Origin: a virus
Lineage: Duplodnaviria > Caudoviricetes
Reading direction: 5' to 3' (one strand)
DNA length: 64,000 nucleotides
Virus record (IMG/VR): IMGVR_UViG_3300021964_009400
Each line of letters begins with the position of its first letter. Within the stretch, counting starts at the first letter, position 1. The position numbers were made by a program, and so were the translations under genes. This document shows positions 9,447 through 18,840 of the stretch, piece by piece. The notes below the pieces were generated by a model. The model was not told the DNA's origin and made no database searches. It saw only the letters and a program-made list of their open reading frames with translations.

Positions 9447-10337
9447 ATGGATAGAAGAATTAATACTGCACAAAACATTTATTTAAATAATGTTTCGGTG
9501 GATGATGTTTATTATAATAATGAACACATCTGGCCAACAGGTAGTAATACTCCTTGGTCACCAAGTTCAGATATAACAACAGTTGCTTGGATTGATGCAT
9601 CAGATTCTTCAAACTATACAACAAGTGGAGCAACTTTAACTTCGGTAACTGATAAAGCAGGAACTTATACAATGACAGTTGGTGGAACTCCAACTACTGG
9701 TAATACTCAAAATGGATTAAATGTATTTGATTTTGATGGTAATGGTGAGTATTTACAAAGTACAACTTACTCTACACAGGTATCATCAGGTAATCATTGG
9801 GCAATTGGTGTATTTAGATTTGAAGGAACAAATAGTACTCAAGATTCTATTTGGAGTTATGAAACAAATCAATCACCAAAACGAGATTATGCAATCAGTA
9901 GTGGTAACTCATCAAACTCATGGCCTGGTGAATTAGACCTCGATGGTTTAGTATTTAACAGAATTAGTACTACAATTGGTAATTTAGAATTGTGGGATGA
10001 TAAAAGTTTAACAAGAAATCAATATCACATTGTTACTTGTTGGTTCAATAAGAGTGGAAACCAAATTGGTGTTAGAGTAGATGGTTCAAATGCATTTACA
10101 CCAGTAAACGATTACGATAATTCATTATCAACAAACCAAGAATTAAGATTGATGAGAAACAGGTCATCACAAGAATTAGATGGTAAGTTAGCAGAGTTCT
10201 TTGCAGTAGCGGATATACCTGGTACAAGTGGTACTGATTTAACACATTTAATAAAAGCAGAAGGTTATCTTGCACATAAATGGGGATTAGAAAGTTCTCT
10301 ACCAAGTGACCATTTATATAAGAATTCTGCACCTTAA
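9447..10337 (+). CDS. Beta-sandwich (LamG/lectin-like) virion adhesin
   Basis: AWIDASDSS, NGLNVFDFDG and C-terminal EGYLAHKWGL...LPSDHLYK as in phage fibre lectin domains. Confidence 0.55.
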   Translation: MDRRINTAQNIYLNNVSVDDVYYNNEHIWPTGSNTPWSPSSDITTVAWIDASDSSNYTTSGATLTSVTDKAGTYTMTVGGTPTTGNTQNGLNVFDFDGNGEYLQSTTYSTQVSSGNHWAIGVFRFEGTNSTQDSIWSYETNQSPKRDYAISSGNSSNSWPGELDLDGLVFNRISTTIGNLELWDDKSLTRNQYHIVTCWFNKSGNQIGVRVDGSNAFTPVNDYDNSLSTNQELRLMRNRSSQELDGKLAEFFAVADIPGTSGTDLTHLIKAEGYLAHKWGLESSLPSDHLYKNSAP

Positions 10338-10345
10338 TATTTATA
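10337..10345 (+). promoter_or_regulatory. Putative late-type promoter motif
   Basis: ATATTTATA upstream of 10353. Confidence 0.4.
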
Positions 10346-10352
10346 GTATAGT

Positions 10353-12464
10353 ATGGATTATAAAGAAATCATAGATAAGTTAGTAAGAGAACTCTCATAT
10401 AGAGTAGGTGTTCCTAATATACATAATAAGGAACATCAATCAATCATGTCCGAAATTCTTTCAGAATGGGGTGAGTATGAAGTAAAAGATACTATATTTG
10501 AATTCCTTACCGAAAAAGATGAAACTTATACTGCAAGAAAAAAAGATACAGGTGAAACATCAGTATTCAAATCTAAAGATGCAAGAGATAATGCAATTAA
10601 AGCAGGAACCCATGAACCCATTGATAAGAAAGATGATAAAAAGAAAACAAAAAAAGATACTCCTAAAGTAAATATTTTTGATAAAACACCTAAAAGTACT
10701 TTAGATAGAACTAATTTTGATAAAAAAGATGATAAAAAATATAAAGATAATCCAGGCGGTCCTACTCGAAAAGAAATTTATGATGATTTAAATAATGGTA
10801 ATATAGATGTTCTTTCGGAATATCAAGATGGAGTATCTATTAATAGAACGAAAAGGATTTCTGGTGCAGGTGGAAAAAAAGCAAGTGAAGGTGAATCAAA
10901 ATTCTGTGGTGCAGTAGATACTAATTTTGAAAAATGGGAGGAAGATAATAAACAAACAATAGATAGAGTACAAATTGAAATTAAAAATAGAAGTAAAACT
11001 GCTGATGAAAACAGAACAGCAATTCAGTTAGGAATGGATGTAGATAGTCCAGAATTCAATAGGTATCTAGCTAAAAGAGAAATTTGGGTTCAACAAAAGA
11101 TTGAAGAAAACAAAGAAACATTAACTTTTGTAAAAGATTTTAGTAGAAATAAAAAAACTAAAGAAAATCCCATGGGTCCATATACCGAATGGATGAATGC
11201 AGCATTTGATGGTGGAATACAAACCCAAAAACATATTAAAAAACTAGATATATTTGATTTATCTAAACCACATAAAACAATTCAATCGACCACAGAAGTT
11301 AATGAAGCAGTTCAGGCACATTTAGAAGATAATCTAAAAAATGCAAAAACTGATGAAGATAAAGCACACGCAAAAAAACAACTTAAAAATTGGAATAAAT
11401 ATAAGAGTTATCATGATACCTACATTATAGGTAAAGATAAAAAAGGTAGGACAACATATTTTGGTATATCAAATAAAAAAGGAGATTCTTTAAAAGACCC
11501 ACAAAACAATAGTACTCCTGCTAAAAGATTTAAAGCCTTAAAAGAAAGATATGGTGAAAAAGTTGCAAAAGGAGTAGCATCTTCATTAGATAAAAACATA
11601 AAACGGGTTGAAGGAGTAAAACAAAAGACTGTAAGAACTGCTAGTACTCTTGAAATTACAGATGATTTTGTAAAGATATGTGAAACATCAAAAATGGAAC
11701 CATATATTCAAAAGTTAAGAGATTTAGGTAAATTTAGAGATTATCTAAAAGCCAAAGGTTTAAATCCAGATACAATGGGTACAAAACAACTTTTAGTTGA
11801 AATGAATAATCATTCACAACAAATACTTAAAGCTGGTGGAAAGCCATCATATGGTACATATGGTAAAATTGCAATTAAGATTGGAGAATTATCACAAGTT
11901 GATAAATTTAAACAAGCAAATCCAAATATAAATTTTGATGATAGTTCTATACAAAAATCTATTGATATAAAACAAACTGAAAAAGAAACAGTTAAAGAAT
12001 CACATAAATCGTTGGTATCTGATTTGGAAGAAGTAGATAGTCCAGATGGATACCATCCAACTAAAAATAAAGATGCAGATAATGGACCTCATCAACAAGG
12101 TTATGTTAGTGGTGTATTAGATGCTTGTCACATTGATTCATATATTGATAGTGAAGATGACAATGGTATGTTAGTTCAAATGGGAATTAATACAGTTACA
12201 CCATCAATGATTAGAGAGTGTGTTGCACAACGAAGTGGATATAAAGGTGATTTTTCAACACCAGAAGGAAAAAGAAAACTTAAAGAACATTTAAGAAAAA
12301 GATGTAGAATTACACCAGGTGAATCATCTGTAAGAATTATGAATGAAGGAAAAGAAGAAGAATTATTTGATGATACTTGGAGAACTGCTGGTGAGAGTCA
12401 AAAAATAGCAACTGGCTTTGGTGAAGGTATGAGAGATTGTTTAATTACTAAAGCAGCAAAATAA
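10353..12464 (+). CDS. Large hypothetical protein (703 aa, Lys/Asp-rich)
   Basis: Long ORF with no recognisable catalytic motif. Confidence 0.7.
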   Translation: MDYKEIIDKLVRELSYRVGVPNIHNKEHQSIMSEILSEWGEYEVKDTIFEFLTEKDETYTARKKDTGETSVFKSKDARDNAIKAGTHEPIDKKDDKKKTKKDTPKVNIFDKTPKSTLDRTNFDKKDDKKYKDNPGGPTRKEIYDDLNNGNIDVLSEYQDGVSINRTKRISGAGGKKASEGESKFCGAVDTNFEKWEEDNKQTIDRVQIEIKNRSKTADENRTAIQLGMDVDSPEFNRYLAKREIWVQQKIEENKETLTFVKDFSRNKKTKENPMGPYTEWMNAAFDGGIQTQKHIKKLDIFDLSKPHKTIQSTTEVNEAVQAHLEDNLKNAKTDEDKAHAKKQLKNWNKYKSYHDTYIIGKDKKGRTTYFGISNKKGDSLKDPQNNSTPAKRFKALKERYGEKVAKGVASSLDKNIKRVEGVKQKTVRTASTLEITDDFVKICETSKMEPYIQKLRDLGKFRDYLKAKGLNPDTMGTKQLLVEMNNHSQQILKAGGKPSYGTYGKIAIKIGELSQVDKFKQANPNINFDDSSIQKSIDIKQTEKETVKESHKSLVSDLEEVDSPDGYHPTKNKDADNGPHQQGYVSGVLDACHIDSYIDSEDDNGMLVQMGINTVTPSMIRECVAQRSGYKGDFSTPEGKRKLKEHLRKRCRITPGESSVRIMNEGKEEELFDDTWRTAGESQKIATGFGEGMRDCLITKAAK

Positions 12465-12544
12465 TTTAAAAACAACAATAAACACTCCTATTTCGAGGTA
12501 ATGTACATAATTTACATTATTTAGTAGTTTCCAAAACCCATTTT

Positions 12545-12553
12545 ATATTTATA
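12545..12553 (+). promoter_or_regulatory. Putative late-type promoter motif
   Basis: ATATTTATA upstream of 12584. Confidence 0.4.
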
Positions 12554-12583
12554 TAAGAAACAATAGAGAGAGATAGGATTGAT

Positions 12584-12985
12584 ATGCAAACACAGTTACT
12601 CTGTACCTTTACAAATAAAGAGGAACTTCAAAATACCCTACAACTTATTAGAGAAACATATCACATAGTTTACAATTATATTTATGTTTTACAAAATAAG
12701 GGTAACTTAGAAAACCTTTTTGTTACATATAATATAGATACTCAATATAAACCAGATAGACCATTATCTGATACTATTTTGGTACATCGTAAAAAACAAA
12801 GTAATACTTTGTACACAATTAATGCACTCAACGAGTTAGTTAAAGAAGAGAATGGTGGGGTTTTAGATAAATCTTTTTCTATTGATTGGGATAAATTCAA
12901 AAACTCAATCATCGTTACCAATGTAGAAGGCACAAAAAAGATTTCTACAAGAATCTTCGAGGTAATAGAATTTAATCAAAAATAA
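12584..12985 (+). CDS. Hypothetical phage protein
   Basis: 133 aa; LLCTF...TILVHRKKQSNTLYTINALN. Confidence 0.7.
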   Translation: MQTQLLCTFTNKEELQNTLQLIRETYHIVYNYIYVLQNKGNLENLFVTYNIDTQYKPDRPLSDTILVHRKKQSNTLYTINALNELVKEENGGVLDKSFSIDWDKFKNSIIVTNVEGTKKISTRIFEVIEFNQK

Positions 12986-13106
12986 TTTAACAAAACTTTA
13001 ACACTTTTTATTTTTTTATGTCAAAAAATAATCGTACATTTATAATGTAAGTTTTTGAGTGGTTTTCAAACCCTCCATCAAAGAAACAAAAAGATGTAAA
13101 AAGATT

Positions 13107-13128
13107 GACCCCCTCAAGGGGTTTTTTT
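13107..13128 (+). terminator. Intrinsic terminator
   Basis: GACCCC-CTCAA-GGGGTT stem followed by a T run. Confidence 0.7.
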
Positions 13129-13154
13129 CTACAATTAAATTAAAAATAATTAAA

Positions 13155-13192
13155 AAAAGCCATTGTAGTCTCAATTTTTTTTCGTATATTTA
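13155..13192 (+). promoter_or_regulatory. Early-type promoter cassette, copy 3
   Basis: AAAAGCCATTGTAGTCTCAATTTTTTTTCGTATATTTA. Confidence 0.75.
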
Positions 13193-13219
13193 CTATGTAA
13201 ATGAGATAAAACTTAAAGT

Positions 13220-13528
13220 ATGAAAAGTAAATTTGAAATCTGGCTTAACAAGGTCAACGAAGAAAGAAAAAAGTATTGGGATAATAATTTCGATTATAAA
13301 CCCTACACTCCCCTTACAATATCTAAAGGTAAAAAATACATTAAACTTATCGATGAAAGTTCAGTATGGGCTTTTGTTTCTATGTGGGAAGGTGTAAATA
13401 AAGGTTCTCTTGTATGTAAGGGAGATTTATTGAAACCTGCAGGTTCGAGCTCTCCAGCTAAACATTCAAGAGGTAACATCTTTGATGGAACTGATAAATG
13501 GAATTACTATGGACCAAATTACTTATAA
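13220..13528 (+). CDS. Hypothetical early protein of a type seen in T4-like phages
   Basis: KKYIKLI..VWAFV..GDLLKPA...PAKHSRGNIF. Confidence 0.65.
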   Translation: MKSKFEIWLNKVNEERKKYWDNNFDYKPYTPLTISKGKKYIKLIDESSVWAFVSMWEGVNKGSLVCKGDLLKPAGSSSPAKHSRGNIFDGTDKWNYYGPNYL

Positions 13529-13531
13529 AAT

Positions 13532-13858
13532 ATGAAAGTACTAATTAAACCTAAAGTAACAAAACCTTGGTCAAAAGAAATGTATGATTACAATGACAAG
13601 GTTGCTGATATGATGAAAAAAGAAATCATCAATTCAATTAAAATAAACAAAAACAATTGGAACGAACTAAATGAACTTATGAGTTTGTGTGGTGGTATAA
13701 GATATGGAGAAGGCTTTTCCATAGAAGATTTATACGAAGATTGTTTATCAGAAGTAGAGAATGTTCAAAACTATTGGTTAAATGATGAATATCCTTATTG
13801 TGTATCAAAAGGATTAGTAAATGATATAGGATATAAATTTGTTGGTTATGGCAAATAG
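13532..13858 (+). CDS. Hypothetical protein
   Basis: 108 aa ORF, operon spacing. Confidence 0.65.
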   Translation: MKVLIKPKVTKPWSKEMYDYNDKVADMMKKEIINSIKINKNNWNELNELMSLCGGIRYGEGFSIEDLYEDCLSEVENVQNYWLNDEYPYCVSKGLVNDIGYKFVGYGK

Positions 13859-14036
13859 TTGGTATTATAGAGAAATGGGTAGTAGAGATAAGAAAGGTAA
13901 ACTTAAATACTACCAAGTAAGAGTTACAGATTACAAGATTGATGATTGTGAATGTCCAGCAAGGCAATTTCGTTCTTATTCACCTTGTAAACACATGAAA
14001 AGATTAAACGAAAAGTTATCACATTTAACAACATAA
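13848..14036 (+). CDS. SWIM-type zinc-finger protein
   Basis: CECPA...PCKH (CxC-n-CxH); second in-frame Met at 13848 preferred as start. Confidence 0.65.
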   Translation: MANSWYYREMGSRDKKGKLKYYQVRVTDYKIDDCECPARQFRSYSPCKHMKRLNEKLSHLTT

Positions 14037-14039
14037 ATT

Positions 14040-14297
14040 ATGAATCCATTAGAAGAGATAATAAGAACTCACTGGTTAGAAATCCTAGGGTGGATAGCTA
14101 ACCTTACTGTGGTAATACAATTTTTACAAAAAGATATGTTTAAATTAAGAGTATGGGGAATTGTAGCAGCTACACTATGGTTTGTATATGCAGTAGGAAT
14201 ATGGAGTTTACCTTTAATGAGTTTAAACATACTAATATTCGGAATACAGGCATATCAACTAAAAAAACTTAAAAATAATTTGTTTAATTCAAAATAA
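14040..14297 (+). CDS. Small 3-TM membrane protein (YgjV/PQ-loop-like)
   Basis: ILGWIANLTVVIQF..KLRVWGIVAATLWFVYAVGIWSLPLMSLNILIF. Confidence 0.55.
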   Translation: MNPLEEIIRTHWLEILGWIANLTVVIQFLQKDMFKLRVWGIVAATLWFVYAVGIWSLPLMSLNILIFGIQAYQLKKLKNNLFNSK

Positions 14298-14310
14298 ATT
14301 CGTATATTAG
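14279..14310 (+). promoter_or_regulatory. Bacteroidota-type promoter
   Basis: TTTG-N20-TATATTAG. Confidence 0.6.
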
Positions 14311-14329
14311 CAAATATAAATTTCAAAAT

Positions 14330-14758
14330 ATGGCAGAAGCAATAAAAAAACAAAGTAAAAATCACAAATTTAACCCAATTAAAGTAGAACCTCAATATGA
14401 TGAAATTATTGCATATGATAATCCTGAAATAGTAGAGAAGATGGAAAAAGAATGGCCAGAAATGACTGCGGAATTCAAAAGAATAATGTTCACACAATAT
14501 GAATTGTTTTGTTTAAAACAATCTAACTATGGACCTGATAATATTTCAGTTGGTTCAAAATTAGAAACTGAAGAAGAAAAGAAAGTTTCATTAACTGGTC
14601 TTTGGTTTAGAATGAATGATAAGATTCAAAGATTAAAACAATTAGTTGTACTTGGTAAACAAGATAATATTGGTGAATCATGTGAAGATACATTCCAAGA
14701 TTTATCAGTATATGGAATCATTGCTCAACTCGTTTCAAGTGGTAAGTGGGCAAAATAA
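14330..14758 (+). CDS. Nmad1/DUF1599 nucleotide-modification-associated protein (all-alpha NTP-PPase-like)
   Basis: KQSNYGPDNI...GLWFRMNDKIQRL...ESCEDTFQDLSVYGII. Confidence 0.75.
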   Translation: MAEAIKKQSKNHKFNPIKVEPQYDEIIAYDNPEIVEKMEKEWPEMTAEFKRIMFTQYELFCLKQSNYGPDNISVGSKLETEEEKKVSLTGLWFRMNDKIQRLKQLVVLGKQDNIGESCEDTFQDLSVYGIIAQLVSSGKWAK

Positions 14759-14774
14759 ATTAAAAAAAAATACG

Positions 14775-14812
14775 AAAAGCCATTGTAGTCTCAATTTTTT
14801 TTCGTATATTTA
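14775..14812 (+). promoter_or_regulatory. Early-type promoter cassette, copy 4
   Basis: AAAAGCCATTGTAGTCTCAATTTTTTTTCGTATATTTA; followed by a GTGTGA-GAGT-TCACAC hairpin at 14823-14838. Confidence 0.75.
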
Positions 14813-14867
14813 CATAGTAAATGTGTGAGAGTTCACACTTGATATTAAAATTTAAAAGATAAAAGAA

Positions 14868-15377
14868 ATGAAAAAAGTAAATGTTTTTAAAACTACATTC
14901 CCAAATGGAGAAACTCACTATGGCGTTAGTGAACAAGTTCACTCAATTGAATCATATTTGAGTAAAACAAAAAGTATTGCAATTACCAAATCAAAAAAAG
15001 GATTACATATTAGTAAATTTCAATTAGACTTAGTTAATTTTGAAAACGAATTGGTTATAGAATTATTATTTACATTCGATAATAGTGAAGATGCTAAAAT
15101 AAAACGAGATGAGTTAATTAAAACTGATATAAACTCGATAAATAACTTATCGGCTAACACCAAATCTAAACTTGATTACAAATTAGAACAAATCAAACTT
15201 CCAATTGAAAAAAGTAAATCAATGACATCTAAAAATGGAAATAAGATTTACTTTGTTGACCTTGGATATGCTAAATTAAAAGGTATTCTTGATAAAATCA
15301 ACATAAATTCAAAACACCCATTGTTACCAAACTTTGTAATGGTAAACGAGGGTTCATATAAAGTAGTTAGAGCGTAA
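14868..15377 (+). CDS. Hypothetical protein (weak GIY-YIG-like N-terminus)
   Basis: 169 aa; first gene of the RM-like unit; its stop overlaps the next start. Confidence 0.55.
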   Translation: MKKVNVFKTTFPNGETHYGVSEQVHSIESYLSKTKSIAITKSKKGLHISKFQLDLVNFENELVIELLFTFDNSEDAKIKRDELIKTDINSINNLSANTKSKLDYKLEQIKLPIEKSKSMTSKNGNKIYFVDLGYAKLKGILDKININSKHPLLPNFVMVNEGSYKVVRA

Positions 15378-17608
15378 TGATAAACAAATTAAATACATTA
15401 ATAGAAAAAAAAAGAGGTAATATACTCTTTCAGACACCGCTTGATACTAATCTTGAAGTATTTGGTAGATTAGGACAGGGTTTGTATGCTTGGACATATC
15501 GAGACCAATATTTAAGTGGTAAGTTTAAACCAAAGTTTGGTCAATATGGTACATATTCAAACGAAGGTTCAACTCCACAAGAAACAATATCTGGTTATGT
15601 TGGAACTACCACCGATGCAATTGTTATTTTATGGGCAATCAGATTATCAGATGAACAAATTCAAAAATACGGTACAGCATACCAGATAGAACAGAAAGTA
15701 GGACCACATTTGGGTAAAAAAAGTAAATTTGGTTCATCTACTGAGGTATTTGAAACAGATGTTGAAACTATTCAAGAATTGGTAAATTCAATTCTTTATC
15801 CAAGTGAATTTGAAACTTTTTGGAATGTTCGTAAAGAAACATATTTACCTCGTTTAAGACAAGAAGAAGCAATTAAATTATTTGAACAATATTATTTAGC
15901 AAATAAGCTATCATCAAAAAGACAATCACTTGATTTTCTTCTTGGTGCAGTTATGAGATTTGGTAAAAACTTTACTTTTCTTGAAATGGCACGAAAAATT
16001 GTTAAAAAAGGAGGTAATGTTTTAATGATTACAAGTAGACCCGATGTATTTGAATCACTTAAAACCGATGTTAATTCTCATGTAAACTATAATGGTTGGA
16101 TTTATGATGAACTTAAAGATAAGAAGTATAATTGGAAACCATCAAATGAACGAGTAAATGTACTTGCAGTTAGTACACAACTTCTTCTTCATAAAACCCA
16201 CCGAAAAAATTTAGTAAAAATGTTATCTCAATATGATTGGGATATTCGAGGTGTTGATGAAGCTGACACTGCAATGTTAACCGAACTATCAACCGAACTT
16301 CTTGAAAAACTTCCATCCTCTGTTACGATTTGGATTACAGGAACACCTTGGAAGTTACTTTCAACTGGTAAATTTACCCCACACAATTCTTATATTTACG
16401 ATTACATTCAACAACAAGAAGATAAGAAACTTGGTATTGATAAAAGAGCTATATCTCTTGATTGGTATTGTATGGAAGTATTTGATAAAATTAAAGAACA
16501 ACAAAAGTGGTATTCCGATGAAGAAGGATTTACTTTGACAAAGTTATTTTCGTGGAATAAAGAAACTAAAAGATTTATTCACGAGGGGGATGTAACTACT
16601 TTTTTACAATGTGTATTTGGGATAATTCCTAAAACGAGTTTTTCACCCTACAAACTTATACCAGAATTACAACATACTTTTTGGGTATTACCTCCTAATT
16701 CTGATGCAGTTATTCATCTGAAATCTTTAATTGAAAAAGTAACAAATGGAGAGTATCAAGTATTTGCTGCAACTGGTAGTGAGACAGATGATATTTCTGA
16801 AGTTAAAGATTTTTTAAAATTAAATAAAGATAAAAAATCAATAGTACTATCACTTAGTAGATTTACACGAGGTTCAACTGTACCAGAATGGGATGCTACC
16901 TTTTTCTTAAATGATACCGAATCTGCTGAGTTTTATTTTCAAACAGCATTTAGACCAACATCTCCAAAAGATGGTAAAGAAAAAGGATATGTTTTTGATT
17001 TCAATCCAAACAGAACTTTAGTGATGTTGGCTGAATATTCAAGATATTCTGCTCAACAAAGAGGTATTAAAAATCCAAATGAAATTTTAAGACAATATCT
17101 CGATAATTTTAATGTTTATGGTGTTGACGGTGGAGTTGAATTTAAGAAAAAAACATTAGAAGATGTATTATCAGCTATTAGAGATTCAGACTATAATTCA
17201 AAAACTTTAAGAAACTCAGGCCACGATTATGTTATGTTAGATAAAATCTCTGAAAAATTATTTCAAATGATTATGGGATTGGACAAAGAAAAAAGTCGTA
17301 AACTTAAACTTGAAATCACATCTTCAAAAGAATTTATGAAAAAAGGTAAAAATTTAAAACATCTTTCAGAATCAGAAAGAAAACCTTTTGATAAAACTAA
17401 AAGAGATATTATTTCAAGAATAGCAACTTTAATGAGTAGATTGCCTATTATATGTGAACTTGGTTATGAAACAGTTGAAGATATTTTAGAAAATCTACCA
17501 GATAACTTATTTTATGGGGCAACAAAAACTGAAAAATCAGTTTTAAAGTTGTTAGTAAAAGAAAATATAATTGATACATACAAAGTAAATCTTCAACTTG
17601 TACGATAA
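15377..17608 (+). CDS. Restriction-type SF2 (DEAD) helicase with putative N-terminal GIY-YIG/T5orf172-like nuclease domain
   Basis: AVMRFGKNF (motif I), VDEADT (II), ITGTP (III), RGSTVPEWD and YFQTAFRP (V/VI); N-terminal LYAW..KFGQ..IEQKV..H..EVFE. Confidence 0.75.
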   Translation: MINKLNTLIEKKRGNILFQTPLDTNLEVFGRLGQGLYAWTYRDQYLSGKFKPKFGQYGTYSNEGSTPQETISGYVGTTTDAIVILWAIRLSDEQIQKYGTAYQIEQKVGPHLGKKSKFGSSTEVFETDVETIQELVNSILYPSEFETFWNVRKETYLPRLRQEEAIKLFEQYYLANKLSSKRQSLDFLLGAVMRFGKNFTFLEMARKIVKKGGNVLMITSRPDVFESLKTDVNSHVNYNGWIYDELKDKKYNWKPSNERVNVLAVSTQLLLHKTHRKNLVKMLSQYDWDIRGVDEADTAMLTELSTELLEKLPSSVTIWITGTPWKLLSTGKFTPHNSYIYDYIQQQEDKKLGIDKRAISLDWYCMEVFDKIKEQQKWYSDEEGFTLTKLFSWNKETKRFIHEGDVTTFLQCVFGIIPKTSFSPYKLIPELQHTFWVLPPNSDAVIHLKSLIEKVTNGEYQVFAATGSETDDISEVKDFLKLNKDKKSIVLSLSRFTRGSTVPEWDATFFLNDTESAEFYFQTAFRPTSPKDGKEKGYVFDFNPNRTLVMLAEYSRYSAQQRGIKNPNEILRQYLDNFNVYGVDGGVEFKKKTLEDVLSAIRDSDYNSKTLRNSGHDYVMLDKISEKLFQMIMGLDKEKSRKLKLEITSSKEFMKKGKNLKHLSESERKPFDKTKRDIISRIATLMSRLPIICELGYETVEDILENLPDNLFYGATKTEKSVLKLLVKENIIDTYKVNLQLVR

Positions 17609-18840
17609 TGGAAATTAGAACACGAGAACAATATATTAGTTACATAAGAAGAACATCAACTATCCCTACTGGACAAGATGGTTCTACTCCCATTAAAGTA
17701 ATTGAAGAAATGGTAAATAAATTACCAATAGATTGGTCAAATCCTAATTTAAAAATCCTAGACCCAGGGTTTGGATTTGGTGGTTATTTATTCTTTGTAT
17801 ATTTAAAATTAATTCAATATCATTCAGAAGAACACATATTAAATAATATGTTATATGGTATAGAAATTGAAGATTTTAGATTTGAACTTGTTAATCATAA
17901 ATTAAAAATAAAAAATCTAATTAAAGGAGATTTTTTAGATAATAAAATATTTAAAAATATGAATTTTGATGTAATACTTGGAAACCCACCATATCAAGAA
18001 ACCAGTAAGACGGGTGGTGTTCAACCAAAAGCTCATAATTTATGGAGCAAATTTATTGTTGAATCTTTAAATAATAATTTATCAACAGGTGGTGTTGTTT
18101 CGTTTGTAACACCGACTTCATGGGGAAGTCCTAGCAATGATGTATTTAAATTATTTAAAAAAAACAACTTAGTTTTAATCAATACTGAAATCTCTAATCA
18201 CTTTGATGTTGGTTCTACCTTTTCATATTGGATTGTTAAAAATGAAGCATATATCGGTAATACTAATATAAATGGTGTTAATTTTGATTTAAACAACTTT
18301 GACTATATTCAATCTGATATTAATAGCATATCTACTAAAATACATAAGATATTTAATGAATCACCATTTCCAAAATTTAATTGGGATGGTGATACTACTA
18401 CAAATCACTCATCTAAAAAAGAAAATCAATGGTCTGATAAATATTCTACAACTCATCCATATAAAGTATATCACACGAATGCACAATCATACTATTCAAA
18501 GATAAAATCAAAATCTCATGATGATTTTAAAGTATATCTAACTATTAGTGGGTATTACAATCCTTTATTTGATAATGGTACTATTAGTACAAGTGAAGTA
18601 GTTCCATATATAATTGTCAAATCAAAAAAAGAAGGGGAAAATTTATTAAATATTTTAAATTCTAAATTATACAAATATATTGTTAGTTCTGCCAAATGGA
18701 GTGGTTTTATAAATAAAGATATATTAAGAATTTTACCAAATATTGGAACTAATAAAGAATGGAGTGATGGTGAAATTTATAATAAGTTTGGAATAAAAAG
18801 TATTGAAGATATTAACTACATTGAAAACTATGTTGGATAA
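17608..18840 (+). CDS. Gamma-class amino-methyltransferase (Eco57I-like, probably m6A)
   Basis: ILDPGFGFGGY (motif I) precedes ILGNPPY (motif IV); TRD-like C-terminus. Confidence 0.85.
   Translation: MEIRTREQYISYIRRTSTIPTGQDGSTPIKVIEEMVNKLPIDWSNPNLKILDPGFGFGGYLFFVYLKLIQYHSEEHILNNMLYGIEIEDFRFELVNHKLKIKNLIKGDFLDNKIFKNMNFDVILGNPPYQETSKTGGVQPKAHNLWSKFIVESLNNNLSTGGVVSFVTPTSWGSPSNDVFKLFKKNNLVLINTEISNHFDVGSTFSYWIVKNEAYIGNTNINGVNFDLNNFDYIQSDINSISTKIHKIFNESPFPKFNWDGDTTTNHSSKKENQWSDKYSTTHPYKVYHTNAQSYYSKIKSKSHDDFKVYLTISGYYNPLFDNGTISTSEVVPYIIVKSKKEGENLLNILNSKLYKYIVSSAKWSGFINKDILRILPNIGTNKEWSDGEIYNKFGIKSIEDINYIENYVG

Noticed and set aside
12499-12519. TAATGTA/TACATTA inverted repeat and similar short AT-rich palindromes
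   Set aside because: Expected by chance at this base composition; no U tract or recurrence to support a function.
4855-14812. Repeated 38-nt element as a CRISPR array
   Set aside because: The copies are 0.6-7.7 kb apart, separated by genes, and contain promoter boxes; there is no regular repeat-spacer structure.
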